Positions 12,154 through 25,660 of a stretch of DNA of 64,000 bases are shown piece after piece (positions within the stretch are counted from its first letter, which is position 1; each line of letters begins with the position of its first letter). Where the stretch lies: the NCBI RefSeq assembly GCF_004010195.1, contig NC_057719.1, positions 24,529,465 to 24,593,464 of the forward strand, written 5' to 3'. Under the pieces are notes generated by a model. It made no database searches. It was not told the DNA's origin and saw only the letters and a program-made list of their open reading frames with translations. The stretch comes from Chiloscyllium plagiosum (taxonomy: Eukaryota). A program made the translations under genes and the position numbers.

Positions 12154-12975
12154 GACCTTGACAGGATGCAGAGCTGGGCTGAGAAGTGGCAGATGGAGTT
12201 CAACCTGGAAAAGTGTGAAGTGATTCATTTTGGAAGATCAAATTTGAATGCAGATTACAGGGTTAAAGGCAGAATTCCTGACAGTGTGGAGGAACAGAGG
12301 GATCTTGGGTTCCACATCCATAGTTCCCTCAAAGTTGCCACCCAAGATGATAGGGTTGTTAAGAAGGCATATGGTTGTTGGTTTTCATTAGCAGGGGGAT
12401 TGAGTTTAAGAGCCGCAAGATTATGCTGCAGCTCTATAGAGCCCTGGTTCGACCCCACTTGGAATATTGTGTTCAGTTCTGGTCACCTCATTATAGGAAG
12501 GACATTGAAGCTTTAGAGAGTGTGCAGAGAAGATTTACCAGGATACTACCTGGACTGGAGGTCATGGCTTATGAAGAAAGTTTGAGGGACCGAGGGCTTT
12601 TCTCATAGGAGCGAAGAATAATGGGAGGTGACTTGATAGAGGTGTACAAGATGATGAGAGGTATAAAGTGGATAGTCAGAGACTTTTTCCCAGGGTGGAA
12701 ATGGGACATAATTTTAAGGTGATTGGAGCAAGGTTTAAGGGTGATGTTAGAGGTAGGTTCTTTACACAGAGTGGTGAGCACGTGGAATGCACTGCCAGTA
12801 GTGGTAGTAGATTCAGATACATTAGGGACATTTAAGCAACTCGTGGATAGGCGGATGGATGATAGTGAATTGTAGGCTTTATAGGTTAATTTGATCTTAG
12901 AGTAGGATAAAAAGTTGGCCGAACATCGAGGGCAGAAAGTCCTGTACTATGCTATACTGTTCTATGATCGATGTT
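12154..12975 (+). mobile_element. CR1 LINE 3' fragment
   Basis: WQMEFNLEKCEVIHFG and LVRPHLEYCVQFWSP; ends in a TTCTATG-type repeat tail. Confidence 0.92.
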
Positions 12976-14094
12976 ATGTATGTTCTATCTGCTGTGGCAG
13001 TCTTTGTGTTGTTTGTAGTGAATTTGTGTTGGAAATTCCAAGACATTGATCTCGTGATAAAGGAATTGTTATATTTAGCTTAGTCATCAAGATGGTCAGT
13101 GTGATTTGAAGGGACTGTGAAGGTGATGAAGAAAAGTAAACCTGATGCAGTGCTACTTTTCATCTGTCACGTTTAAATCCTTCTGATGGGCATTAAAAAG
13201 CTCCAGGATGGAAATTCGAGCTTGTACACTGGCATTTTACAGCAATAAAATATAATCTCAGTGATCATTGTCCAAATCTCCAATTGCAACTGACCCAATA
13301 CTTCATCTCCTGATGAATGCTTAATCCAGTTGTCACATCCCTTAAATATGCGCGCGAGTGACCTTGTATAAAGTTTAACTCTCCCTTCTGCTAAATTCAA
13401 GGTTTGAGAGTACAGCAGGAGCCAGGCCTGCTCCTCTTGGGAATTCCACACCACCCAAAAGTAAGCTTCTCAAAACAAACCATTGGAGCTTTCCAAGCAT
13501 GATAGGCATCAGACTCTCATCCACGTAATGTCAGTGAAACTGAAAGCCCAATCATAGGTCAACCTCCAGCATTCCATTTGGGTTACACAGTCTGTGCACT
13601 ATGCTTAGGTGACTGAAAATGGCTCATGAACAATTTCAATTGTCCTGGCATCATACCTCCCTAAATCTGGACAACAGAACAAATTATCTGTCAGTTATTT
13701 TTTAAAAATCTGAGAGACGTTGCTGTTTTGTGAAAATTGGCAGATCCTTGAAAAGTGTTAGAAAAATGCAAGTCCATTATTCCATCTTTCCTTTCTGTTG
13801 CTGTAAACATGCTCTGGTTTAGCAATTTTCTTAATATACTTATTGTGTAGTTCAGCTTTAATGAAATCACAAACTAATTGTATTATATTCTTTTCCAAGC
13901 CAATGCCCTATGTAATAAAACTTTCTGCACCTTTAATAAAGTTTGTATTTGGCTCAGTTGGTTAGTTTTCAATCTTTAGTATGCTTCAAATTGTTCAATT
14001 AGTCCCATGATTGCTTGGCAAGAGAGTGGTAAGTTTCTACAGAGCAAATGAGTGATGGTTTATGGTATAAAGTAAGCTTGTGAATTCAGTCATG

Positions 14095-14448
14095 GAGTCA
14101 TAGGTTCCCTACAATATGGAAGCAGGCCATTTAGCCCATCAAGTCCCCACCGCCCCTCTGAAGAGCATCCCATCCAGACTTATTTCCCCCCCTCCCCCAA
14201 CACACAACCCCCCACTATCCTTGTAACCCTGCACTTTCCATAACTAATTGACCTAGCCTGCACATCACTGGAAACTATGGGCAATTTAACATAGCCATTC
14301 CACCTAACCTGCACATCCTTCGAGCACCCAGAGGAAACCCACGTAAGCACAGGGATAATGTACAAACTTCACACAAACAGTCGTCAGAGGCTGGAATTGA
14401 ACCCGGGTCCCAGGCGCTGTGACACAGCAGTGCTAACCATTTGAGCCT
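14095..14448 (-). mobile_element. HE1-type SINE
   Basis: tRNA-like head on the minus strand (GGTTAGCACTGCTG...GGGTTCAATTCC) and the shared body. Confidence 0.82.
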
Positions 14449-15859
14449 TTGGTTGAAATTTGATCACTTTGATTTCCTTCTTAATTTCCTCAATCAAATG
14501 CCATTGTCAAAAAAGTTATTTCATTTTAAAAGTGCTAAAAGAAATATAACATTCATTAAGTCTTGCAAGAATGTGAAATCCTATTCTTGATCAAATTCAT
14601 TTGAGGGGAAATTGCTGGAACTGCTGAAAAACAGTAACTGTATTGACCTTGTCTCAGTGAATGTTGTAGCTAGAGAACTGAATGGTGAGTTAATCACAAA
14701 CGCCAATACATCATCTGTCTAGAAAATATATGTTAATGGTAATTTTACTTACTTTTATTACCCTAATTGCAAATGCACCTCAATCAGGAGGGGATTAAAT
14801 GGAATATGAACTATATTGGAATAAAAGAAAACTCATTGTGCATAACCTGACATTTAAATCCGAATATGTGTCTGTGAGTTGTGCTGTACTGTTTCTGTTC
14901 ATTATTAAATATCAAACTAAAGCCAAATACATACAGAGCTGGTGGAAACTCCAATCCACCCAGTCAATTTTTTTTTTGTGTATCTAGAAAAGTTGGCATG
15001 CCTGGCTTTTCTCCTTTGGTTTCATTTTATTATTTGATTTAGTATCTTGTTGATGTTTTCAGAACAATATTCTCTACTTACGAAGCTTCTTTATCAATTA
15101 CTATCATTAATGTGTTCCTGTAGTAATCTTGTAAGGAGACTTTCAATTCTGGTTAGGCCAATTGCCGCTCTTACATATTCATATTTGTTATGACAATTAA
15201 TCTTCCAGCTGAATTAATATTGTCTGGTGAATGAAGTATATCAAATAAAAAAACATGTTTTGATTGGCTAGATTAGTTTGAGTTTCTATAGATTGGAACA
15301 CTAATCTTTAGATTCTATATTGTGTCAGACAGTTGTGACCAGATAATCATTGACAGTAATGGTAAAGGCTGTAATTTGGTGGTTTTAGAAGGCAAGTTAA
15401 AATGCCTTTTAGAAGACAAATGCTGGTGAGCACATGAAAAATGATTTGGTGTGCTACCCACCAAATTAACTTGGTGACAATTTGGTATGCTTCCCAACAT
15501 GAGTGTTGATGGTCAAACAAATTGTCAATAAATTCCCAATGTCATATTTCTTAAGTTATTATGAAGTATCACCGATGAAGTGGTATGGAATTAATTTACT
15601 TGAAATTCTCACACAGGTTAGATCACAGCTTGCTTTTAAGGAGAATTATACTTCCATCCTACTCCTATGTGCTTCTGTTGGACTGTATATGGTCTTTGGC
15701 TCATGAGCATGTTGAAAACAATAGCTATTTGGACAGAAACAGCATGTCAGTGGTGTGCCCAACAAGCTGCCAACTATCACATAAACAAAATCAGATGTTG
15801 GAAAACAGGGATTTCAGCTTCCACCTGACTACGTCCAACCCACTTTCACAGAAACGTGG

Positions 15860-16700
15860 AAACTAGGAGCAGAAATAGTGCATTTGGCCCTTTGAGCCTG
15901 ATCTGCCATTCCATATAGAGTCATAAAGATGTACAGCACGGAAACTGACCCTTCACAACAACTCGTCCATGCTGACCAGATATCCCAACTCGATCTAGTC
16001 CCACCTGCCAGCACCCGGCCCATATCCCTCCAAACCCTTCCATTCATATACCAATCCAGATGCATTTTAAATGTTGCAATTGTACTAACCTTCAACACTT
16101 CTTCTGGCAGCCCAATCCACACACGTGTGTGAAAATGTTGCCCCTCAGGTCTCTCTTATATTTTTTCCCCACTCACCCTAAACCTATGCCCTCTAGTTCT
16201 GGACTCCTTGACACCAGGGAAAAGACCTTGTCTGTTTACCCTATCCATGCCCCTCATGATTTTATAAACCTCTATAAGGTCACCCTGCAGCCTCCAGTGC
16301 TCCAGGGAAAACAGCCCCAGCCTATTCAGCCTCTTCCTATAGCTCAAATCCTCCAACCCTGGCAACATCCTTGTAAATCTTTACTGAACCCTTTCTGATT
16401 TCATACCAGCCTTCGATAGGAAGGAGACCAGAATTGCACACAATACATCAAATGTGACGTAACCCATGACCTCCCAACTTCTGTACTCAACACTCTGACC
16501 AATCAAGGAAAGCATACCAAATGCATTCTTCACTATCTACCTGCGACTCCACTTTCATGGAGCTATGAATCTACACTCCAAGGTCTCTTTGTTCAGTAGA
16601 ACTCCCTTGGACCTTACCATTAAGAGTATAAGTCCTGCTAAGATTTGTTTTCCCAAAATGCATGGCTGATCCTCTGTCTCAATGCTCCAGCTCTTACAGG
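15860..16700 (-). mobile_element. CR1 LINE 3' fragment nested in the tail of another CR1
   Basis: LPGLEDLSYRKRLNRLGLFSLE and RTRGH motifs at 15915-16660. The flanks (15860-15915, 16660-16700) resemble the CR1 tail seen at 47100. Confidence 0.85.
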
Positions 16701-16865
16701 CCTTCTTAAATATTGCTTATTATTATTTCCCATTCCCAACCTTTTTTTTGCTCTGGGAAACGGTATGAATAATTTATACTCTTTATCAAAAAACTGCAGA
16801 ATATTTTGACCCCACCACAAAATTCAGAAAGTGACCATGTATTGTTTAAGGTTTTCCTACTTCTA

Positions 16866-17135
16866 GGGAGTAGCATGGTGGCTCAGTGGTTAGCACTGCT
16901 GCCTCATAGCACCAAGGTTCCAGGTTCGATTCTAGCCTTGGGGGACTGTCTGTGTGGAGTTTGCACATTCTCCCAGTGTCTGCGTTGGTTTGCTCTGGTT
17001 TCCTCCCACAGTCTAAAGATGTGCAGGTGAGGTGAGTTGGCTATGCTAAATTGCCAGTAGTGTTAGGTGCAATAGTCCGAGGGAAATAGGACTGGGTGGG
17101 TTACTCTTTGGAGGGTCAGTGTGGAATCTAATCTA
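16866..17135 (+). mobile_element. HE1-type SINE
   Basis: A box TGGCTCAGTGG (16879-16889), B box GGTTCGATTC (16923-16932), AATCT-repeat tail. Confidence 0.88.
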
Positions 17136-17838
17136 ACTCTAGTCTTGTGAAATGAACACCGGTCATCCTTTGAATTGCAATTATTTTAGATTTGTTTACC
17201 AGCCTCCCACTGGTACTTGATTATCTTAGGTTTAAAAACTGCAATCAGCTTTAGAAGTTATACTCCTAAAACATGAAATTAGACTTTTCGCAACACTGTC
17301 CAGTCTAAAATCGTAGATGTAATAATACACGCTTATCAATTAGAAATAAGACAGATGACCCCTGTAAAAAAAATCTGATTTATTTTGCACTGGCAGTAAT
17401 TGAAGCAAAATCATTTAGAGAATTCTAGTCATTTTTAGGCCATATTTCAGGAGCATGATCTTTATATTTTAGAGAAAGAAGTAATTAAAATGAAAGCAAA
17501 ATTATAGGCTCAAAAAGCCATTTTCCTTCTGTGAGTGGGATCTAACTGCTTGAGCTGTAATTGCTTACACACAGATTTAATCATAGCACAAAATGCAAGG
17601 TTTTGGTCATTTGCATTAATGTCAGAATAACTAATCCTCTACAAGTATTTTTTAAAATTAGTCATGGAGTGCGTTGAAGCTGGCAAGGCCAGCAATGGTT
17701 TCCCATTCCTAATTGCACTTGGTGGTAGTGAAATGCTGCAGTCCATCTGGTGCAGTTAGAGAGGGTGCTGCAGGACTTTGACCCCACAACAGTGAAGGAA
17801 CGACAGTATAGTTCCAAGTCAGAATGATGTGTGGCAGT

Positions 17839-20800
17839 GATTCAAGATGGCAGCAATCTAACAGGTCTGCCTTACTGAGCTCTGCACCACAACTCAGGCA
17901 AAATTGAGCTTTTACCCTCGCCATACTAGCTACTTTGGTAAAAATCGGTAGTTTTAAGTTCCTAGAATTTTTATATATTCTTTTTTAGTGATTTTGAGAA
18001 GATGACTAAATGTAAAGGACCGCATGGATCACAACAAGCACGGCATTCCCCTGCAGCAACAGGCACACCCGCAGCCGCGGCGTCGACCTCCCTGCTGGAC
18101 TTAGCTGCTCAGCAGAGTCTGGCTTCAGAGTTCATCAAACTCCGAGAAAAGATCAAGTCAACGATGGAGGAGACCTGGACCAGGCTGGAACTGATCTCAG
18201 CCATGCTGCAAAAGCATGAGCAGGAGATGCAGCATCTCAGGAAGCATGTAGAGGAGGCCGAGCAGCATACCCAGCATTGGACACCGTGGCCGAATCCTCA
18301 GCAGGCTGGATCCAGGCTCTAGCGAAGCAGGTATGGGTCTTAGAGGAGCAGGTCAATGACCTCGAAAATTGAGGTTGAAGGAAGAATATTAGTGTTATTG
18401 GGCTGCCGGAGCAGGAAGAAGGGGATCAGCTAGTTAGTTTTTTTGAGCAATGGCTGCCATAGTTCTTGGGATGGGAAGCTGAGGCAGGCTGGGTGCGGAT
18501 CGAACAAGCTCACTGGGCAGCAGTGCGCCGACCTGGTTTGGACTAGTGCACCTGCCCGGCCCTAGTGTGATTCCAGCCCTATAGAGATAAGCAAAAGGTA
18601 TTGGAAGCTTCCAGAACACTCGAAGGATCAGCAGGCCCTGATTTCCAAGAGATTGAAGATTATATTTTTTCAGGACTTTTCTGCGGCTGTGATCCCTAAG
18701 AGGAAGACCTTTGATGAAGTAAAGAAGAGGCTGAGGGATCTGAATATTCAGTACTATGTAAGGTACTCATCAGTATTACGTTTCAGCCACGGAAGGTCCG
18801 TGCCTGTCTTTGATTTGTTGGAAAAGGCAAAGGCATTTTTGGACACTTTGAAATAGACTGGCTAGTTCAAGCAGTATGGAAAATAATGATTTTTTTTTCC
18901 CTGTTGTTTGCCTTGTTCATCTGGTTTTGTCCCTTTTAATATGTTTCTTTCTCTATTTCCTTCTTGCTTTTCTGAGGTTTGGGAAATGTTGTCGGAATTT
19001 TTTTTGGTTTGATTTTTACCAGTAATAACAGGGGTCGATGGATGAAATGCCCACTTGTCATTTCTTTGTTTGAAGGATTTATGTATTCTTTACTTTTTTT
19101 TCCGAAGTTTGAGGTGCGGCTTCAGCCAGAAGGAGCCACGAAGGTGTTTGCGAGTTGTGTGAATGCCCCCTATGGGCAAAGGGGAAAGTTTCCTATTATC
19201 AGTTTTTTGTACTGGTTTATTGTAGGTGTGGTTTTTAGAAGTTTTGATTTGGTAGTTTCAGTAGTTATGTTTTTTAGACTCTTGAGTCTTTCATCGCTTT
19301 CACTTGGTGCAGTATGCATAGGGTTCTTCCTCTTGGTGGTTCATGGGCTGTTTCAGATGGCTATGGCTGATTGCTCGTTTAAATGGTGCACATGGAATAT
19401 TAAGGGGAGTCACTTGCCGATTAAGAGAAAGAAAGTACTTTTGAGTCTTAGAAAGGAAAGACCTGATGTCGCTTTGTTGCAAGAAACTCATCTTGATGAC
19501 AAGGATCATCCGAAGTTGCAGCAACGAGGGCTCGGCTGTGTGTTCTTTTTGTCTTTTAACTGTAAAAGCAGGAGACTGGCTAGACTCGTTCAGAAGAATC
19601 TCCCATTTAAGTTGTTAGGTCAAATTAAGGATGAAGGTAGGCAGTTTGTAACCAAGGTGAGGAATATGGTATTCTGAATGTTTGCTGGCGCCTGGCACAC
19701 CCCCTTAAATTTTTAACAGATGCGCTTTCCAGATTGGTGGCTCTTGGGGCACGCCATATGATTATAGGGGGAGACTTTAATCGTCTCATGGATCCCACAG
19801 TGAACAGAATGCCTGGGGTGTCCCGGGCACCTCCCCGCAATCTAAACAACTGATGGACTTGTGTGAGGAGTTGGGATTGGTGGATGATGGTGGATGATCG
19901 TGGAGATGGCTTCACATACTGGGTAGGGACTTTACCTTTTCTCCAATCTGCATAAGTGTTGCACAAGGATTGATCTATTTCTTGCTCCATCATTTTTTTT
20001 TGGATTCAGTGTTGTCCTGTAAAATTGGGAACATAGTTATTTCTGATCATGCGGCAGTGTATTTGGAGGTTAAGACCAGGGGTAATGGGGTAGATTGGCA
20101 GCATTGGCGCATGGACCCTTTTCTCCTGAAGGACACTAAGTTTATCGAGTACTTTTTGTGGGAGTTTAAAACGTTCTTGGATATCAATTCAGGTACCGGC
20201 AGTAACCCGTCTGTGTTCTGGGAGACTGCTAAGACCTATGCAAGAGGTATAATTATCTCTTGTTCAGTTAGTTGGAAATGACAAAGGGGAGAGAAGAAGC
20301 GTATGCTTGCAGCCTGGCTGAAGGCAACCGAGACTGCGTACTTTGACAGGCCGTTTGTGATTAAATTATAGTGGATCACAACTCTTTGGACCGCTCTGAA
20401 CTCTGTGCTTACTCAGACAGCAAAGAGAGAGATCTCTTTCACGAAACAAAGGCTATTTGAGTATAGTAATAAGCCGGGTAAATGCCTGGCATGTTTGGCT
20501 AGGAAGAAGAGTGCCCCCTCAATCTATTTCATCTATTAGAGAATGTACTGGTACTCTTGTGATTCCAAAAAGATCACTGCGGCGTTTAGGAAATTTTATT
20601 CTGAGCTGTGTAGATCAGATGATTGTGAGTACAGATTGGCGAAGATGGTGTCCATCTTTAAGAACCTGGATATTCCAGGTGTGATTTCGGAGCAGGTGTC
20701 CCTTTTGAATGCTGCCTTGACGGTGCAAGAGACACAGCAGGTGGCAAGCCAGCTCCAAAATGGCAAGGCACCCGGCCCAGATGGTTTTCCAAGTACGTTT

Positions 20801-23564
20801 TATAAGGAATTTATGAATATGCTAGCCAGGCCAATGCTGGACATGTACAATTATTCGTGTAGTCAGGACTGCCTCCTGCCCTTTTTGAGAGAAGCTAATA
20901 TTTCTCTCATTCTCAAGAGGGAAAGCCCTGTAGGAATGTGCTTTGTACAGGCCCATCTCTCTGCTAAACTCGGAATTTAAAATTCTGTCTAAGACACTAG
21001 CACCGAGGGTGGAGAAGGTGTTGTCCTCTATTGTAAAGGAGGATCAGACAGGTTTTATTAAGGGCTATAGGTCCTCTAATAACAGTAGAAAAGTGCCGAG
21101 GTCAATTCTGGGCTTGGTGGTCTCCCTAGATGCGAAGAAAGCATTTGACCGGGTGGAATGGCCATACCTTTTTTATGATCTGGAGCAGTTTGGTCTTGGT
21201 GGGGTCTTGGCCAGATGGATGGAAGTGCTATATAGCGATCCTATGGCAGCATTCCTTACTAATGGCGTAAGGTCTGATAATTTCAGTACTGGTAGAGGCA
21301 GCTGACAAGGTTGTTCCCTTTTTCTGGTGTATTTACGTTGGTGATTGAGCCGCTGGCGGAGGCTAACCAGAGGGACCTCAATATAATTGTCCCAGAGGTG
21401 GGATCGGGGTGGGGCATAAGATCACCCTTTATGCAGATGATGTTCTCCTTTTCCTATCAAACCGACAATGACTGTGCCTCATTTAATAGAATGTATCAAT
21501 TTATTTGACTCTTTCTCAGGGTATAAGATTAATTTTATGAAATTGGCGGCCATGCCTGTGAGGGTCTTGGGGGCGTACCCGATCTTGAAGGTGAAATCTG
21601 ATTACCATTCAGGTGGTAATAGGGAGGTTTTTTGTACCTAGGCATTTTCGTTACTCCCGTCTTTGATCAGTTTTACAAAGCTAATTTTGTGCACTTGCTT
21701 GAGAAGATAAAGCAGGACCTTCAGCATTGGGAGATTCTTCCCATATCTTAGTTAAGTCAAATAGCTCTTATTAAAATGAATGTTCCTCCTCGCTTATTAT
21801 ATCCCATGCGAATGCTCCCTGTGATGTTGCCGAGGCAAACATTGCGGAGACTTAACGGTTAGCTCGGTTCCTTTATTTGGCATTACAGGCAGCCTCTCAT
21901 TAAGCTTGCCAAATTGCAGTTTCCCCAGGGAATGTGGGAGTCGGAGAGGGTTATAGACTTTCCAGATTTTAAAAGATCTCAAATAAGCTCCCTATTATCC
22001 TTTGTGAATGATTGCGCTTGTCAGGATCTGAGGTCAATATGGCTGGATTTGAGTCCTCCCAGGCAAAATGTTCCTTATTAATTTGTTATTTATGGATAAG
22101 ATGAGGACAGTCATGGAGTATTGTCGGAATCCGATTGTCATCAATATGGTTAAAGCATGGAGAATGATGTGACAAAGCGAGGGCAGTTTATATAAAACCT
22201 CCTTTTTCACCTCCATAATAAGAATGCCAGGCTTTTGGCCAGGGTTGATGGATTCTGGTTTTAGGTTATGGGCATCCAGGGGAGTCTCTTGTCTGAGAGA
22301 CTTATTTGAGGGGAGGTCATGATGTCTGTTGATCAGTTGAGTCGCAAATATGATTTGCCCAGCAGAAACCTCTTTCGTTATTTTCAGATCAGGACTTTAT
22401 CCAGAAAAATACCACACTGCTGGTTGATCATTATAGGTCTGATACAGAGAGGAGAGTGCTTCAGAGTGTAGGTACTCTCTCGATTAGCACCCTTTACCAT
22501 TAACTGGGAGATGGTGCATCGAAAGATATTGAACAGCTCAGCAGGTCTGGGCGCGAGAATTAGGAGTAGAGATCTCTTCAGAGATGTGGGAAGACATTTG
22601 GGAGAATGTGAGAAAGATCTCAATTTGCAATAGAATACAGGCTATGCAACTGAACGTTCTTCAGAGTCTATTTGACCCCAGAGCAGCTTGCGAAATTTAT
22701 AAAGGGGGTATCTCCAATGTGCCCCAAGTACAAAATAGGTATTAGTCCTCTTGCCCATTGTTTGTGGTCATACCACAAGCTTTGCAAGTACTAGGGCACT
22801 ATAGCAAGTGTCCTAGAGGGGGTCCTGGGGACCAAAGTCGATGTAGATCTGGTATCTCTTCTCTTGCGCCTGCTGAATCTGCCTTCTTTAGATGAACATG
22901 GAAAGAAGCTGTTTAATATTCTTGCTTATTGCGCGAGAAAGAACATTGTGATGAGTTGGATCTCGGAAAGTCTCCCGGGCCTATCAGGATGGCATAGTTT
23001 AGTTATTCGATTAGATTCCCTACAGTTTGGAAACAGGCCCTTCGGCCCAACCAGTCCACACTGACCCTCCGGAGAGTAACCCACCCAGACCCATTTCCCT
23101 CTGACTAATGCACTATGGGCAATTTAGCATGGCCAATTCACCCGACCTGCACATCTTAGGACTGTGGGAGGAAACCGGATCACCCAGAGGAAACCCACGC
23201 AGACACGGGGAGAATGTGCAAACTCCACACAGACAGTCGCCCGAGGCTGGAATTGAACCTGGGACTCTGGTGCTGAGGCAGCAGTGCTAACCACTGAGCC
23301 ACCGTGCCACCCCTAGACTTCCTTACATGTATGGTGCACCAGAAAATGGAACGTTTTGATAAGACGTGGCAGCCCTTTCTGAACTATATCGAAGCAGATT
23401 TGTCGGCTATATTAACTAGGGCATTTGCTTGGCCACGAGTCTGATGGGCCGGGTGCCCTGAGAGGAAGAATCCTGAATAAATACGGATATGCTAACTAAT
23501 GCTGCCAATGATGGGGAACTCTGGTGGGATTGCGCAGAATAAAAATCTTTCTCAATATAAAAAA
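17839..23564 (+). mobile_element. Full-length, inactivated L1-clade LINE
   Basis: 5' CAAGATGGC motif. ORF1 ~18002-18856 (coiled coil, KNISVIGLPE, FQDFSAAV..KRK). ORF2 ~19357-23440 (TWNIKG, LLQETH, GGDFN, SDH, KAPGPDG, YRPISLLN, SLDAKKAFDRVEW, YADD). AATAAA at 23538 and a short A tail. Many stops and frameshifts. Confidence 0.92.
23005..23312 (-). mobile_element. HE1-type SINE inserted in L1 ORF2
   Basis: Well-preserved head GGTGGCACGGTGGCTCAGTGGTTAGCAC and B box GGTTCAATTCC on the minus strand. Confidence 0.9.
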
Positions 23565-24661
23565 GTTGTGTGCTTGGAGGAAACTTGGAGGCAGTGGTGT
23601 TCCCACAGGTCCTCCTTCTGCTGGACTGCATCCTTTCATTTTGAGCTTTGACTCATTAGCATATCCTGCTTTTAAAGCAAAACAGCTCTTAAAGGGGAGT
23701 GGTCAGCATTGTGTCAGCTGTCTCCCAGTGGTGGGAGATGATGGGAAACTGCGATTTCAGCTTCCAACCAATTAAGTCTTTGTCCTTGTAAGTTGTAAAG
23801 CTCGTGATATTAGAAAGTGCTGTTGAAGGAGGCATGATGAATTGCTGCAGTGCATTTTATTTTGAGTCACCCCTGTGCATCAGTTGTTCAAAGAAATAAA
23901 GAATATTTAAGTTGGTTAATTGGCTGTTGATCAAGCAGGCTGCTTTAGCCTAAATACTGCTGAGCTTAAGTATTGTTAGTGTTACACCCATCCAGGCAAC
24001 TGACAAGTTTTCCATTACACTCCTGACCTGTGCCTTACAGATGGTGGACAGGCTTTGGAGACTCAGGAGGTGAGTGAATCGACTCAGACTATCAATCCTG
24101 AACCTCTGACTAGCTATTGTAGCCAAAGTACTAACTTAACTGGTCCAGTTCAATTTCTGGTCAATGGTCACATGATGATGCTGATGTTGGAAGAGTCAGT
24201 GATGGTAATGCCATTGTAAGTGGGTGACAGTTAGATTCTGTTTTGTTGGAGATATTCATTTTACCTGGCACTTGTGAAGCATGATTGCTCTTGCACTTAC
24301 CAACCAAAGCACTAATAATAATCTGGTTGTAAATGGTAACAATAATTGTGCAATCATCAGCAAACATTCTCACGTCCAACCTTATGATGGATCGAAGATC
24401 ATTGATGAACAAGTTGGGCCTAAAACATGACCCTGAGGCACTATTCCTGCAGCAATGTACTAGAGCTGTAGTGATTGGCCTCCACAAATTAATCAATAGA
24501 GAGTTTTGACCTGGATTCTCATTGACCTCACATTTACCTCGGCGTTTTGATGCCACATTGTTGAAATGCTGCATTGATGTCAAGGGCAGGAATTGCCACC
24601 TCCCCTATCAAGCGAATCACTTTCCATTGATCAAGAGGAGGCTGATGAGGCGGTAATTGGC

Positions 24662-24698
24662 AGTTCTGATGAAGGGTCACTGGACCCGAAACGTTAAC
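24662..24698 (+). ncRNA. Minimal type I hammerhead ribozyme motif, family B, core intact
   Basis: GTT-CTGATGA-A-GGGTC-ACTG-GACCC-GAAA-C-GTT-AAC. All core residues present, 5-bp stem II, palindromic stem III region (AACGTT), stem I GTT/AAC. Confidence 0.8.
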
Positions 24699-24762
24699 GC
24701 TGCTTTCTTCCCTAGGGGCTGCCAGACCTATTCATTTTCTCTCGCAATTTCTGTTATTGTTT
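24664..24762 (+). mobile_element. Penelope-derived short element, family B
   Basis: Hammerhead plus tail, flanked by GTAATTGGCAG (24653-24663) and GTAATTGTCAG (24763-24773). Confidence 0.8.
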
Positions 24763-25019
24763 GTAATTGTCAGAATTGGATTTTGTAGACAAGACAGACC
24801 TGTCATTTACAGGCCAGCATTGTGGCTATATGGAACAGCTTTGCTCAGGGCATAACTAGTTCTGGAGCCAGTCTTCAGCACTGTTGCTGGGATGTTGTCA
24901 GAGCCCATCATTTTTGCAGTGGCTCGTTCCTTTTTCTGTTTATTGATATCACATGGAGTGAATCAATTGGCTGAAGCACGGGCACATGCATTGCAGGCAA
25001 CATCAGAAAGAGACTAAAA

Positions 25020-25660
25020 CTATAAAATGTAGAAGCAGAAGGAGACCATTCAGCCCATTGAGTCTACTGCACTCAGCAAAAGTGAGGACTGCAGTTGCTG
25101 GAGATCAAAGTCAAGAAGTGTGGTGCTGGAAAAGCACAGTCGGTCAGGCACCATCTGAGGAGTAGGGGAGTCGATGCTTTGAGCATAAGCTCTTCGTCAG
25201 GAACTCTTGATGAAGAGCTGATGCTTGAAACGTCGACTTTTCTGCTCCTCAAATGCTGCCTGACTGGCTGTACTTTTCCAGCACCACACTTTTTTTCAGT
25301 CTACTGCACCACTCAATGAGATTATGTCTGATCTGGTAATCCTTAATTCCACTCTCCTGCCTTTTTCCCAATACTCTTGATTCCCTTTTACAGTAAAGAA
25401 TTCCACCCCTTTTCTTTAAGTGAAGAAATTCCTCCTCATTTGTCTTAAATGGGTGAACCCTCATTCTGAGATATGTCTTTTAATCCTAGATTCTCCCACC
25501 AGGCGATGCAACCTTTCCACATCTACATTGCGAAGCCCCCAGGACTGGTGTATGTTTTGGTAATTTTGTTTCTCATTCTTCTAACTTCCAACAAGCACAG
25601 GCCTAACATGTTCAAGCTGTCCTCCTCACCTGATATCAGCCTTGTGAACCCTCTCTGACT
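25020..25660 (-). mobile_element. CR1 LINE 3' fragment, interrupted by a hammerhead element
   Basis: Degenerate LGL.LLEVRRMR and HPFKT motifs; tail similar to 36415 and 47100. Confidence 0.7.
25073..25297. mobile_element. Penelope-derived inverted-pair element, family A
   Basis: Imperfect inverted arms centred near 25203, a degenerate hammerhead on each strand, and AGTCTACTGCAC duplicated at 25061-25072 and 25298-25309. Confidence 0.82.

Noticed and set aside
16866..16940. tRNA gene
   Set aside because: The A and B boxes belong to a SINE head that continues into the HE1 body; no full cloverleaf.
18979..19356. Hydrophobic N-terminal extension of ORF 18979-19677 as a membrane protein
   Set aside because: It is the T-rich L1 inter-ORF spacer read in frame with ORF2.
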